Positions 1-12,470 are shown, numbered from the stretch's first letter. The stretch: 64,000 nt of DNA from Octopus vulgaris (GCA_951406725.2 OX597830.1:23188001-23252000), one strand, 5' to 3'. Made by a program: numbers and translations. Notes: generated by a model from the sequence alone, not told the origin.

Positions 1-158
1 TTTGTCTTCATGTTCTGAGTTCAAATTCTGCTAAGGTTGATTTTGCCTTTTAGCCTTTCGGGGTCAATAAAATAAGTACCAGTTCAGTACTGGGGTCAAT
101 GTAATTGACTATCCCCCACCTAAAATTTCAGGCCTTGTGCCTATAGTAGAACGGATTA
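1..158 (+). mobile_element. SINE family B, 5' end cut by the window edge
   Basis: B-box-like GAGTTCAAATTC followed by the GACTTTGCCTTTCATCCTTTCGGGGTC-type central segment shared with 2044-2275. Confidence 0.75.
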
Positions 159-499
159 TGTTGGTCTACATACATACAAACACACACATACACACACACA
201 CATCTACATATGCATATTCAAACACATAGACACATATATAAACTCTGTAAAGTAGTTGGCATTAGTTATCAGTTCATAGAAACCATGCCAAAACAGATGA
301 CTGGCACCTGGTGCAGTGCTCCAGCTTGGCAGCTCTTGCCAAACTATCCAACCCATGCCAGCATGGAAAATAGACATTAAGTGCTAATGAGAATTCAAAC
401 ACACACATACATACATACATACATACATATACATGCACATTTACAGATATATACATTTCCATATATATCATATACATATACAAACATGTTCATATATTT

Positions 500-648
500 T
501 GGTTGGCATTAGGAAGGACATCCAGCCGTAGAAACCATACTAAATCAGACTGGAGTCTGGTGTAACTCTCTAGCTTGCCACCTCTGGTCACACTGTCCAC
601 CCCATGCCAGCATGGACAATGGATGTTAAATAATGATGATGATGATGA
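500..648 (+). mobile_element. Retroposon family C, (GAT)n-tailed; a degenerate copy also lies at about 250-390
   Basis: GGTTGGCATTAGGAAGG-CATCCAGCCGTAGAAAC...CCCATGCCAGCATGGA...(GAT)n, recurring more than 10 times in the window. Confidence 0.75.
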
Positions 649-1106
649 TATACATACATACATGCACACATAGTTTAACTACATACTTTAAAAAGAACTT
701 GTAGCCAAAAACAGGCAGTGAGTTAAATTATAAGATGGATGTGATGTTGAACTCCTGGTCAGCCATGATAAACTATGATAAAGAACATTCCAGCCATGAC
801 TATGGAGTCTCCTGTCAGAGTTTTGTATAGCTCAAACTATGAGATACAAAGTATCCTATTTTTTTTTAAGGTGGTGTAGTAAAAGAAAAATTTGGCTGCT
901 ATTTCTAACAGACTCAATGACTACATCGTGGCTTCTCGATAAATAGTTGATGTTGTTGTTCTGTCGCAACCTCTCAAATCAATCATCAGTGCTTAAGTGA
1001 CCGTATGATACAAATATAATTAAGTAAAAGAAGACAACCACAAATCTGGCACACTGTCAATATGTATCGTTATGGTTTCATCAAGATGTATTGCAGTACA
1101 AACGAA

Positions 1107-1487
1107 CTCCCCAGGCTCTCAGAAATTGTTGAGACCCATTGGTTTAGAACAGAAGGTTGTGCACAGCTGTTGATCATCACAGGCCTTCAAAAGCTACAGA
1201 GATAGATTAGTTTGGTTAGATGAGCAGGACCGTGACCTCCCCAGGCTCTTAAAAACTGGTGAATCTCATGGTTCATAACAGAACATAGCATGTACAGAGG
1301 TCTCAGTCTTCACAGGCCCTCAGAAGCCTCAGAGATTGATTGGTTTATTTAGAAGATGAGCAGTACTATGACCTCCCCAAACTCTCAGAAATTGGTGATA
1401 CCTGTTGGTTCAAAACAGAAGGTGGCACAGAGCTCTCGATTTTCACAGGCTCTTAAAAGCCTTGGAGATTGATTGGTTTAGTTAGGT
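1107..1487. repeat. Diverged tandem repeat, 3 units of about 130-136 bp
   Basis: Units start at about 1107, 1235 and 1371 with (A)CCTCCCCAGGCTCT(C/T)A(G/A)AAA; shared AACAGAA, TCACAGGC and GAGATTGATTGGTTTA. Confidence 0.8.
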
Positions 1488-1655
1488 TGGTAATAACAGT
1501 TGGCCTAATCAAGGGGTAGGCAGTGCATTTGTGACCTTCATGAGTCCTCCCACCACTGGTGAGAATGGTACAATTTATGTTTAGCTTGAACACCTATAAG
1601 TCTACGGCTACATGAAAAGCAGAATGTGGGCAGGGAAACCCCAGATTATTTAGAT

Positions 1656-1924
1656 CAGTGGTTCTCAACCATTTTTAGCCTATAGTCCCCTTTGATTTCT
1701 ATTTTACTCATGCGGACCCTCATAGACATCTGATGCTTAAAAAATTCAATTATATTTTTATGATTAAATATTATTAGGAATGGTATAAAACAAAAAAATT
1801 GTTAAAATATTTGCTGTATTACAGAAGTATAAGCAATTCCTTAGACCTAAAATTTTAACAACAAAATCTTAAATGGACCCCACAAGGGCCATATAAGATT
1901 TTGGACTCCAGCTGAGAACCACTG
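1656..1924. mobile_element. hAT (Charlie-like) MITE
   Basis: TIRs CAGTGGTTCTCA...TGAGAACCACTG; perfect 8-bp TSD ATTTAGAT at 1648-1655 and 1925-1932. Confidence 0.92.
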
Positions 1925-2043
1925 ATTTAGATGCTGGTAGGAGGGATTGAACAAAGGGGGTTAGTGTGAGACCAGGATGAGGGGAGATGTTATTACAAGT
2001 CTTTCACGTTTCTAGCCTGTGGTCTTTGACAGAAAGGATTAGG

Positions 2044-2275
2044 AAGGTGAGCTGGCAGAAACGTTAGCATGCCGGGTGAAATGATTAGCGGTATTTCGTC
2101 TGCCGCTACAATCTGAGTTCAAATTCTGCTGAGGTTGACCTTGCCTTTCATCCTTTTGGGGTTGATTAAATAAGTACCAGTTACGCACTGGGGTCAATAT
2201 AATCGACTTAATCTGTTTGTCTGTCCTTGTTTGTCCCCTCTGTGTGTAGCCCTTTGTGGGTAGTAAAGAAATAAG
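2044..2275 (+). mobile_element. SINE family B, full length (tRNA-like head; central segment resembles the MetaSINE domain)
   Basis: AAGGTGAGCTGGCAGAAACGTTAGC...GAGTTCAAATTC...GCCTTTCATCCTTTTGGGGTTGATTAAATAAGTACCAG...AAAGAAATAAG. Confidence 0.85.
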
Positions 2276-2355
2276 AAAGGATTAAGAGGGCATAAGAGGA
2301 GAAACAATGAAAAAAAAAAAAAGGGAGAGCGATTATAAGTCAGTTAATGCAAATC

Positions 2356-2590
2356 ATCATCACAATTTAACATCCACTTTTTCATGTTTGCATGAATCAG
2401 ATGGAATTTGTCAAGGCAGATTTTTCTATGGCCAGATGCCCTTCCTATCAGCAACCCTCACTTGCTTCTGAGCAAGGCAATATTTCCCTATACCAAGACA
2501 TGTTTTTCCACAGGAGACTAGAACTGAACATCGCTTGTGTGATGTTTATGATGGTGATGTTCATTTGCAATAATCACATAGTGTCTAGAC
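2356..2590 (-). mobile_element. Family C variant
   Basis: (CAT)n, then TTTAACATCCAC and GATGCCCTTCCT; mirrored by 51375-51580 on the + strand. Confidence 0.55.
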
Positions 2591-2865
2591 AAGGGAACAT
2601 ACACACACACACACACACATGTATTATGTATACAGTAATCCTATTGTGGGTGTTACGTTTCAACCCCACCCCACCTGTGATAGGTGAAAATCCACAAAGT
2701 AGAAACAGTCCTGTATATATTACATATATAACAGAAATTATAAATAAGAATGGAGAATTATACATTCTCAATAACTTGTTTATTGCAGTATAATATACAA
2801 TACATTGACTTAAATCTCAGTCTAAACACACACACACACAAATATATATACACACATATATATAC

Positions 2866-3029
2866 ATGATGAGCTTCTTTCAGTTTCCATCTACCAAATC
2901 CACTCACAAGGTTTTGGTCGGCCTGAGGCTATTTAGTAGAAGACACTTGCCCAAGGTGCCACGCAGTGTGACTGAACCCAGAGCCATGTGGTTGGTAAGC
3001 AAGCTACTTACCACACTGCCACTCCTATG

Positions 3030-3032
<3 letters not shown>
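2866..3032 (-). mobile_element. SINE family A, 5' half
   Basis: Reverse complement of the family A head and GTGAGTGGATTTGGTAGATGGAAACTGAAAGAAG. Confidence 0.85.
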
Positions 3033-3080
<48 letters not shown>

Positions 3081-3107
3081 TTAGGTGTGGTGTACAGATG
3101 TTGAATA

Positions 3108-3615
3108 TTGAGAAAAAAGGTCGCCAGAATTTTGGAAAAAAGTCTTTTTATTTCTTCATTATTATTAATAGAGCTTTCGTTGGTTTCTTGAACTTGTCAA
3201 ATAGAATTTTGTGAATGTAGAAACAGCTTGTTCATTTATATAAAACAGATGTTTTTTTTTTTGGTGGGGGGGGGGGTCTGTTTACAAAAGAACATTGTTT
3301 TTATTCTGTTGGGTGAGATTTCATGACAATGGAGACACCTCTCTCTACCTATCTATCTGTGCATCTATCCATCAACCTATCTATCTACCTATCTTTCTAT
3401 CTATCTCCACTGTCACGGAACCTCATCCCAAAAGACAAAAACAATGTTCTCCTCTTCTAAACAAAACCCTAAAAAAACATCTGTTTTATATAAATAAACA
3501 AGCTGTTTATACATTCATAAAATCCGATTTGACAAGTTCGAGAAACAACGAAAGCGCTAATAATAATGAAGAAATAAAAAGATTTTTCCAAAATTCTGGC
3601 AACCTTTTTTCTCAA
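3108..3615. repeat. Long imperfect inverted repeat (arms 3108-3335 and 3404-3615) around a (CTAT)n spacer
   Basis: TTGAGAAAAAAGGTCGCCAGAATTTTGGAAAA...GACAATGGAGA is the reverse complement of TCTCCACTGTC...TTTTCCAAAATTCTGGCAACCTTTTTTCTCAA. Confidence 0.9.
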
Positions 3616-3955
3616 CACACATACATATACATGCAGATTTCTTTGTTTTTATGTTATAATACAAAGAATTTTACATTAAACTGAAGGATTACTCAACACA
3701 GCTGGTAGAGTACAAACTTACTATTCTTTAACAAAAACAGTGTTGACAGTAATTTCAAAGTTTTGACTAGCTAAGCCATCCACATAATCTATATATATAT
3801 ATATAAGAAGCTTCTTTCAGTTTCCATCAACCAAACAAAAAAAAAACACTCATAAGGCTCTGATTGGCCTGGAGCTATAGTAGAAAATACCAGTAGTGTG
3901 TGGTGGTTGTTGTCATTGGGTTTGCTGCCACACTGACCATACTATGACTAACATT

Positions 3956-4219
3956 GTTTGTTCCTTCATGAGCCATGCCTGGCTCATAGGACCAGTTTCC
4001 CAGTTTCCTTGGCGTATAGGTTCCCCACCTGGACGGGACGTCAGTCTGTCGCAGGTGAGCTGCATTAAGAGTCAGCAGAGGTTTGCCATTACCTTCTGCG
4101 GGATCGGCGTGGAGCTTAGGTGTCTCGCTCATAAACACACACATCGCCCGGTCTGAGATTCGAACTCAGGATCCCTTGACTACGAGTTCGTTGCTCTAAC
4201 CACTAGGCCATGTGCCTCC
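3956..4219 (-). mobile_element. tRNA-derived SINE family D
   Basis: Minus-strand A box TGGCCTAGTGG and B box GAGTTCGAATC; 12-bp TSD ATGACTAACATT at 3944-3955 and 4220-4231. Confidence 0.92.
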
Positions 4220-4381
4220 ATGACTAACATTAGTATTACTCAAATTAGGCATACAAACTGTGTATTTCTATTCAAAATGTGAGTAAAGTAAACTTAATTC
4301 AATTGGGATACAGATATAAGGCACTAAAGTAAATTGAATTAATAATACCCTATAAATTGTAAGCATTCTAAAATAAACTAT

Positions 4382-4802
4382 AGGCGCAGGAGTGGCTGTG
4401 TGGTAAGTAGCTTGCTAACCAACCACATGGTTCCGGGTTCAGTCCCACTGCGTGGCATCTTGGGCAAGTGTCTTCTGCTATAGCCCCGGGTCGACCAATG
4501 CCTTGTGAGTGGATTTGGTAGACGGAAACTGAAAGAAGCCTGTCATATATATGTATATATATATATGTATGTGTGTGTGTGTGTGTTTGTGTGTGTGTGT
4601 TTGTCCCCCTAGCATTGCTTGACGACCGATGCTGGTGTGTTTACGTCCCCGTCACTTAGCGGTTCGGCAAAAGAGACCGATAGAATAAGTACTGGGCTTA
4701 CAAAGAATAAGTCCCGGGGTTGATTTGCTTGACTAAAGGCGGTGCTCCAGCATGGCCGCAGTCAAATGACTGAAACAAGTAAAAGAGAAAGAGAAAGAGA
4801 AA
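4382..4802 (+). mobile_element. SINE family A, full length (tRNA-like head, internal TA/TG microsatellite, AAAGAG tail)
   Basis: A box TGGCTGTGTGG and B box GGTTCAGTCCC; about 20 related copies in the window. Confidence 0.92.
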
Positions 4803-4966
4803 CCATAATTTTCTTATGTGCAAACACCGAAAAATAAGAAACCGTATAATTCTACTTACTTAACTTACTTATATGTAAGTTCTGTTATTCTTCTTTGAGA
4901 TGTAAAATGTCCAATAACCTCATCACACATAATTAGTTTTGAAAACAAATTAAGATCAACGTTGTA

Positions 4967-5181
4967 TACTCTTTTACTCTTTTACTTGTTTCAGTCATTT
5001 GACTGCGGCCATGCTGGAGCACCGCCTTTAGTCGAGCAAATCGACCCCAGGACTTATTATTTGTTAGCCCAGTACTTATTCTATCGGTCTCTTTTGCCGA
5101 ACCGCTAAGTGACGGGGACGTAAATACACCAGCATCAGTTGTCAAGCAATGCTAGGGGTACAAACACAGACACACAAACAC

Positions 5182-5228
<47 letters not shown>

Positions 5229-5393
5229 CGACGGGCTTCTTTCAGTTTCCGTCTACCAAATCCACTCACAAGGCACTGGTCGGCCCGGGGCTATAGCAGA
5301 AGACACTTGCCCAAGATGCCACGCAGTGGGACTGAACCCTGAACCATGTGGTTGGTGAGCAAGCTACTTACCACACAGCCACTCCTACGCCTA
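4967..5393 (-). mobile_element. SINE family A, full length
   Basis: Close reverse complement of 4382-4802. Confidence 0.92.
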
Positions 5394-6720
5394 TGATGAT
5401 ATTATAAGGAAAAAATTATTGTAAAACAAAAAAATTAGTTTTAGTTTAGGAATTTCAAATTAATTTAAACGTACAGCTTCTCACCACAAAAACGAACATT
5501 CAACAGTGTATTTCTAAGGTGCCACTCATAACCATACAACCACATTTCTGTTTATAGCCATGCCCAGCTGATCCCTGGGTGCAGTCGATGGAGTTCATTC
5601 CTCTCCAAGCATACAAGCAAGTTCTCTAATTTCACGTTAACTTCCTTCCTTTTTTCCAATTAGCTTTGGAAACCCAGAAAAAGAGCAAAGGATCATGGGA
5701 GTTACCATTCCTGCCCTGAAGTATATGGAGGAAGGCAGGCGGAATGAAAAGGAAAAAAAGAAAATCAATGTTTTCAACTCGTTTGCTAAAAATAAGATTA
5801 ATTATGCAATATGCAAGCATGGATAATGTTTATGACTTGATGTTGAATGAGTAAATTGGTAGCAAGACTAATTGTGTTTTAATCATATTAACATGTTTAT
5901 AGCCATTAGATAGGGTTTCACATACGGAACTACTTTGGTAAACATGCTGTGCGCTTTTCCATATCGCCACAGAATAAAATTAGGTTTTAAATGTATGAAG
6001 GTGTGTGTGTATATACATACATACATACATACATACATACATACATCATCATCATCCTCATCATCATTTCACATCTGTTTTCTACATTGGTATGAGTTGG
6101 CAGGACTGTTTGACAGAAGGTGGTGAGCCACAGGGCTGCATAAAGCGCCACTGTCAAGCTCTGGCAGGATGGTTTCTACGGTTGGATGCCCTTCCTAATA
6201 CCACCCACATACATATATGAGTGAATTGGTAAGGTCCTTAGACTCATCATCATAATCCTCATCATCGTGCTAATGTCTACTTTTCCATGCTTGTACAGGT
6301 CAGGTGTCCATATCATTCGACCAATCCCAGAAAAACAAACAGCCAATCCATTCATATCCACCTCATATCTAGTAACTACACAGAACTGGAGCTATAAATT
6401 TGCACACTATACGTGTTTAACACTTTAATATCAGAGCAGAGATTTTCCAATGTTGGATGCATTCCCTGATGCCAAGTGAGGTAATAATAATCTTTCAGTT
6501 TAGTGAACAATGAACAACTTTGACCTGCTTACACAGAGAACTGGAAATAAACATATTACATGAATGAACCTTTATCGTGTTTTTACAACTAGTGAACAGA
6601 CATAAAGACAACAGAAATAAGCAGTGACATACACAAAGCCTTTCATGTGTGTCAGTGCATTTGGTAGATGGAAACCGAAAGACAACCACTGAATAAATAA
6701 ATATATATATATATATATAT

Positions 6721-7207
6721 CATCATCATCATCATCATCATCATCGTTTAGCGTCCGTTTTCCATGCTAGCATGGGTTGGACGGGTCAACTGGGTTCTGT
6801 GAAGCTGGAAGGCTTCGTCAGGCCCAGTCAGATCTGGCAGTGTTTCTACGGCTGGATGCCCTTCCTAACGCCAACCACTCCGCGAGTGTAGTGGGTGTTT
6901 TTTACGTGCCACCTGCACAGGTGCCAGACAGAACTGGCGAACGGCCACGAACGGATGGTGCTTTTACGTGTCACCGGCACGGGGCCAGGTGATGCTGGCA
7001 ACGGACACGAACGGATGGTGCTTTTACGTGCCACCGACACGGGGCCAGACAGAGCTGGCAACCGGCCACGAACGGGCGGTGCTTTTACGTGTCACCGGCA
7101 CGAGGGCCAGCCGAGGCTGGCAACGGACGCGAACGGATGGTGCTTTTACGTGCCACCGACACGGTTGCCAGACAGAGCTGGCAAACGGCCACGAGCGGAC
7201 GGTGCTT
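6721..7207 (-). mobile_element. Family C copy with an internal tandem array of about 60 bp (about 5 units, 6895-7207)
   Basis: (CAT)n tail, GGATGCCCTTCCTAACGCCAACC, then repeats of GGTGCTTTTACGTG(C/T)CACCG(G/A)CAC...CTGGCAACGG(C/A)CACGAACGGAT. Confidence 0.85.
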
Positions 7208-7240
<33 letters not shown>

Positions 7241-7319
7241 GTATATGTATATATATATTTATATATACACACATATATATATACATACATATATATATAT
7301 ATATATGTATTTACATGTC

Positions 7320-7620
7320 AAGGCACATGGCCTAGTGGTTAGAGCAGTGGACTCGCGGTCGAGGGATCACAAGTTCGAATCTAAGACCGGGTGATGTATG
7401 TGTTTATGAACGAAACACCTAAGCTCCATGCGGCTCCAGCAGAAGGTAATGGCGAACTTCTGCTGACCCTTTCACCACAACTTTCTCTAACTTTTTCCTC
7501 CTGCATCTTGCAGCTCACCTGCAATGGACCGACATCCCATCCAGGTGGGGAACCTATATGCCAAAGAAACCAGGAAACCGGCCCTAATGAGCCAGGTATG
7601 GCTCGAGAAGGAACAAACAA
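7320..7620 (+). mobile_element. tRNA-derived SINE family D
   Basis: GGCACATGGCCTAGTGGTTAGAGC...AGTTCGAATC...GAAGGAACAAACAA; homologous to 3956-4219. Confidence 0.9.
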
Positions 7621-7884
7621 TATATATATATGTATATATGTGTGTATAAATCAGTCAGTTTTCTTTAAGTCATATAAAAGCTCACCGTAAAAGAAATCTT
7701 GAGCAGTTATATTCTAAGTAGTTGACATGCTGTTGGCGATTTCTTTTCCTTCTTTGAACTTTTCCATTTCTCTGTTTCAAGGGTGAGCTATGCTCAGAAC
7801 ATCAAACTCCCTCTTTTTACCGGGTGTCAATGTTGTAAAGTGGATTCCTCCCACTGGTGAGATGTGTGACTGCCGTTGTACAGT

Positions 7885-8084
7885 ACTCTTTACTCTTTTA
7901 CTTGTTTCAGTCATTTGACTGCGGCCATGCTGGAGCACCGCCTTTAGTCGAGCAAATCGACCCCGGGACTTATTCTTTGTAAGCCCAGTACTCATTCTAT
8001 CGGTCTCTTTTGCCGAACCGCTAAGTGATGGGACGTAAACACACCAGCATCGGTTGTCAAGCAATGCTAGGGGGACAAACACAA

Positions 8085-8115
<31 letters not shown>

Positions 8116-8287
8116 CATATATACAACAGTCTTCTTTCAGTTTCCGTCTACCAAATCCACTCACAAGGCATTGGTTGGCCCGGGGCTAAAGCAGAAGACA
8201 CTTGCCCAAGATGCCACGCAGTGGGACTGAACCCTGAACCATGTGGTTGGTTAGCAAGTTACTTACCACACAACCATTCCTGCGCCT
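7885..8287 (-). mobile_element. SINE family A, full length
   Basis: Reverse complement of the family A sequence. Confidence 0.9.
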
Positions 8288-8722
8288 CATAGTCGCTGTT
8301 TCACACTAGTAGCCACAATAGTTACTTGTCATCGGATACCAATGTATCTCTTCGAACCAGAATAGAAATACACTAACTTCTTCTGTTTTACTAGCACTGA
8401 TAGCTCCCAAGACACTGACTAGAACTGTCGGCTCTCAACTCTTTGACCCTCTTTTGATGACCGGCTACTGGTCTATTTTTAATGGTTGTCTCCTATCACT
8501 TTTTATCAGGAGGGGTATACAGATTCACTATACAACAGTCAAGCTAATACATTCATTGAGCATATCTCCTTATTGTTCATTAATTTTATTATTTGAATTG
8601 GGTAATATATCCTTGCTCATAGCATATAATGAGATGCAGCTCTCTGGCTTACCAATTCTAGTCAAACCGTTTAACCCATGCCAGGATGGAAAGCAGATAG
8701 TAAATGATGATGATGATGATGA

Positions 8723-8771
<49 letters not shown>

Positions 8772-9227
8772 TACATTTATACAATATATTTATATAAATT
8801 CTTGCTCATTTATTCATCTGTCAGCTTACAACTTGTGCTAACAGAGTATAGATGTGCTTTTTAGAGCATTTTGGCATCTATTTCTAGCATGTTCGTGGGT
8901 TTATCCAAACCCTTTAATATAATTATATATTAGTATATATATAGTGTATAGAAGGGGTGCATAGAAGCTGTGTCCATGTGAAGCACATCTTAATGCTCCA
9001 GTGATCGAAAGTACATATATAGATATTTTATTTCAAATGCGGCATACATACTAGTTGAAAATTCTGGTAAATCATATTTACAGAGTAAGTGTATATAAAA
9101 AGAAAGACAGGAAAATGTGGTATATTTTTAATGAAAATGTTAAAAATATACCAAACTTTCCAGTCTATATATATAAATACACACACACACATACATGTAT
9201 TTTTGAATACGTATGTATCTTTTACAT

Positions 9228-9638
9228 GTTTTCAGTCTTAGACTGTGACCATGCTGGGGCACTGTCGCGAAAAATTTATGTTGAACACATAGACTACAAT
9301 ACCGTTTTTTCTTCTAAAGCCTGATAATTATTCTATTGGGCTCTTTTGCTGAACTGCTAAGTTACAGGAATATAAACACACCAACACCAGTTGTCAAGAA
9401 GTGCTGGGGGACAAACACAGACGCAAAGGCACACACATCTATGTCTCTCTCTCCCCATATATATGTGTGTGTGTGTGATGGGCTTCTTTCAGTTTCCATC
9501 TACCAAATCCACTTACAAGGGCTTTAGTCGACCTGAGACCATAGCAGAAGACATTTGCCCAAGGTGCCATGCAGTGGGACTGAACCTGGGACCATGTGGT
9601 TGGGAAGCAAACTCTTCTTACCACACAGCCATGCTTGC
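9228..9638 (-). mobile_element. SINE family A, older copy
   Basis: Diverged reverse complement of family A. Confidence 0.8.
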
Positions 9639-10124
9639 AGTTTGTTATTTTTATTCAATATGAGTTTTCTCATTTAAGTCAACAGGGTATAATCTGAGGG
9701 AAATTTGGCTGTCATTTTTGCTAGAACCTAAGAGGCCACACATAGAGGACAGAGGTTTCCCTCACTGTCTCACAGTTAATTGTAGTTTGATTATGCTGCG
9801 ATGGTGTATGGATGGTATAGAAAGGTTTGACAGTCATGGTATGCTTAATAGAATACAACGATAGCCAAGGTATGTTTTATAGAAAGCAATGAGGTATCAC
9901 CACCACCATCATCTCCAACATCACCACCACAACTACTACCACCACCACCAGTTTTATTTTATAGAATAGTAAAATATGAGTAATGTCCATCAATATATAT
10001 ATATTAAATAAATGTAATATTTGGCTACGTTTCATATCGAGGTGTGCCAAAATCTTTTGTATGTAATTGTTGTTGTTGTAGTGGTGGTGTTGGGGTCGGT
10101 GGTCACTGGGGATGTTGTTGCTGT

Positions 10125-10330
10125 TGTTGTTGAGCCCCTTGTTGATCCTGGATATGGCAGGTCCTATTATCAAAGACAACCCAACCAAGACCATCCCAAC
10201 ATTTTGGGTGTCGTTGTCTAATGTATGCTTTTTTAAATTTTTTTTAAGACACAGCAAAGTGATAGTGATTTGAGATTTGGCTGCTATTTCTAACAGGCCA
10301 AGTAATGGGGTAGAAGCTCCTTTGTAGGTT
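10125..10330 (+). mobile_element. Interspersed repeat family G (unclassified); other copies at about 745-940, 11720-11930, 16935-17160(-), 43700-43880(-), 44310-44480(-), 58555-58795 and 59720-60150
   Basis: Recurrent GTTGTTTAGCCC...ATGATCAAAGGCATTCCAGCC(A/G)TGACC...GATTTGGCTGCTATTTCTA(G/A)CAG motif. Confidence 0.65.
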
Positions 10331-10439
10331 CGCAACTGTTGTTGTCGTTGTTGCTGTTGTGATAAGTTATTGTTGCAGATACTGTAGTGACAAAGGCTGT
10401 TGTGTTGGTGATAGTAAATTATGGGATTGCTGTTTGGGT

Positions 10440-10685
10440 AGTTGTTGTTGGTGGTGGTGGTGGGGAGGGGTGATGGTAATGGTGGTTATGATAGTGGCAG
10501 TGGTGATGGTGGCAGTTGTGGTGGTGGTGATGGTGGTGGTAGAGGTGATGGTGGCAGTAGTGATGGTGGTGATGGTGGTAGGTGATGGTGGTGGTGATGG
10601 TGGTGGTGGCAGTGATGATGGTGGTGGCGGTGGTGATGATGGCAGTGATGGTGGTGGTGGTGTTGGTATAGGTAGTGGTACTGGT
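10440..10685. repeat. (GGT/GAT)n low-complexity tract
   Basis: Degenerate trinucleotide run. Confidence 0.85.
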
Positions 10686-11062
10686 TATAAATGTTGCAGT
10701 CATTTCAATATGTCTAGTTTCTTTTGTCCTATATTATTGAGCTGATAATGTCATGGCATGGTGTGGCAGGGGTCAGTTAAAGCTTGTTGTTGTAGTGGTG
10801 GCTGCAGCAATAAAAAGATGTTCTTGCTACTGTTGTTGTATAGCCCGAGGTCAGTCCTGTTCCACCAGTCCTATGGCAAGTGGGTAGGCTTAGGCCAAAC
10901 AACAAGATGACATCAATCAAGTTGTTCGTTCTGGTTATAATACCAAAATCTGCCTAGTTTAGGACCACACTGAACACTCTGACCTGCAGGGTTTTAATTC
11001 TTTAGGGTCCAGCATCATAGCCAGAGACATGTTGCACTCTCTCTACAACTCCTGCACTATTA

Positions 11063-11275
11063 TGGTGGTAGTAGTAGTAGTAGTATAGAAATAGCGGTGG
11101 TGATGGTGGTGGCAGCTGTAGTGGTAGTGGTGGTGGTTGAAATAGTAGTGATGGTGGTTGAAGTAGTAGTGGTGGTGGTTGAAGTAGTAGTGGTGGTGGT
11201 TGAAGTAGTAGTGGTGGCGGCAGCTGTAGTAGTAGTGGTGGTGGCAGCAGCAGTAGTAGTAGTGGTTTAGTAGCT
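11063..11275. repeat. (GTA/GTG)n tract with a 21-bp higher-order unit GTAGTAGTGGTGGTGGTTGAA
   Basis: Unit repeated about 4 times at 11120-11205. Confidence 0.8.
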
Positions 11276-12432
11276 GGTTAGTTCTGAATGAGCCAATTAA
11301 AAAAAAAAATTTCAATTTTTTTTTTTAAGTTGAAGGGATATGTCCTTAATAACCTGATTACAAGGCTTCCAAGGTTAATGAGAAGGATCAAGGAATTGAG
11401 GGAGAGACAGGAAGGGACCCCCAAATCAGAAACCTCTTATGAATGCGCTGTTCCAGGGTTTTGGAAGCCTTGCTCTGGGGAGCGTAACCAACAGGTGTTG
11501 CAACAGTTTTTCTATGGGATAAGTGTTCTGGGGAGTTCATAATAACACCCTGATGAATATTGTAGTAGAGTCCCTAGGGGTGGATGTTGCAGTAGTACTC
11601 TATGGACAATGTAACAGTGCTCAGGGGGGGGGGCGGTTAGTGGTGCCCTGGGTGGTTTGTAGTAATATTTTGGGAGTATTGGGAGCTTGAAGGCTGCTCA
11701 AGTGATGGTAGAGTTGGTTGGTTGTTGTTTAGCTGAAAATCAGCCCTGATTTAGTAGTCTTATGATCAGAGGCATTCCAGCCGTGACCACCCTGTCTGCT
11801 ATTTGAGCTATATAAAAACAATTTATTCCAATGTATCCTTCATTTGTTTTTTAAAGACAATTGTATATGATTTGAGGGAGATATGGATGTTATTTTTAGC
11901 CAGTCAAGTAGAGGCTCCCTTACTGGCTCAATGGTAAGGAAATGTGTTGAGAGAGGTAGTGGTGGTGTTGGTGGTGATGGTAGTGCTGGTAGTGGTAGAG
12001 GTGATAGTGGTGTTGATGTTGCTAGTAGTGGCAGTGGTGATGCAGTGGAGGTGGTGGTATTGGTGGAGGTGTTGGTGTGGATGGGATGGTGATAGTGGTG
12101 GTTAAGACAATTGTAACTCTGGTGATGATGGTGATAACATTATAAGTTAAAGTTGTCTTGGCGGTAGTGGCAGCGGTACTTGGTGTTCATGATACAGTTT
12201 GTTTCATCTCTGTGTACTTATCAATGAATATTGATTCCAATAATTAGATTATTCATATAGATCTCTCACACTTTCTCCCTCTCTCTCCCCTCTCTTTCCT
12301 TCTCTTTTCATTATTTTTAAACTCATATATATATATATATATATATACAAATATTATATTTCAATGAACTTTATATAAATGAACACACACACACACACAC
12401 ACATGTATATTCACAAGCATAAACACACACAC

Positions 12433-12470
<38 letters not shown>

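Noticed and set aside
6895-7207. Possible CRISPR-like 60-bp periodicity
   Set aside because: The whole unit is repeated, including the would-be spacers; it is a tandem array inside a retroposon
7320-7395. tRNA gene (also the heads at 4145-4219, 38000-38075 and 53941-54012)
   Set aside because: These tRNA-like heads run into SINE bodies, one with a TSD, and lack a convincing acceptor stem and terminator
7690-8640. Possible coding exons around the SINE at 7885
   Set aside because: Multiple stops in the frames I checked; at most a heavily decayed LINE remnant, like 53770-53920
11288-11542. 84-aa ORF after a T-rich AG, and a 12-bp inverted repeat CAAGGCTTCCAA / TTGGAAGCCTTG
   Set aside because: No recognisable protein and only a weak donor; one 12-bp match at this distance is within chance for 64 kb
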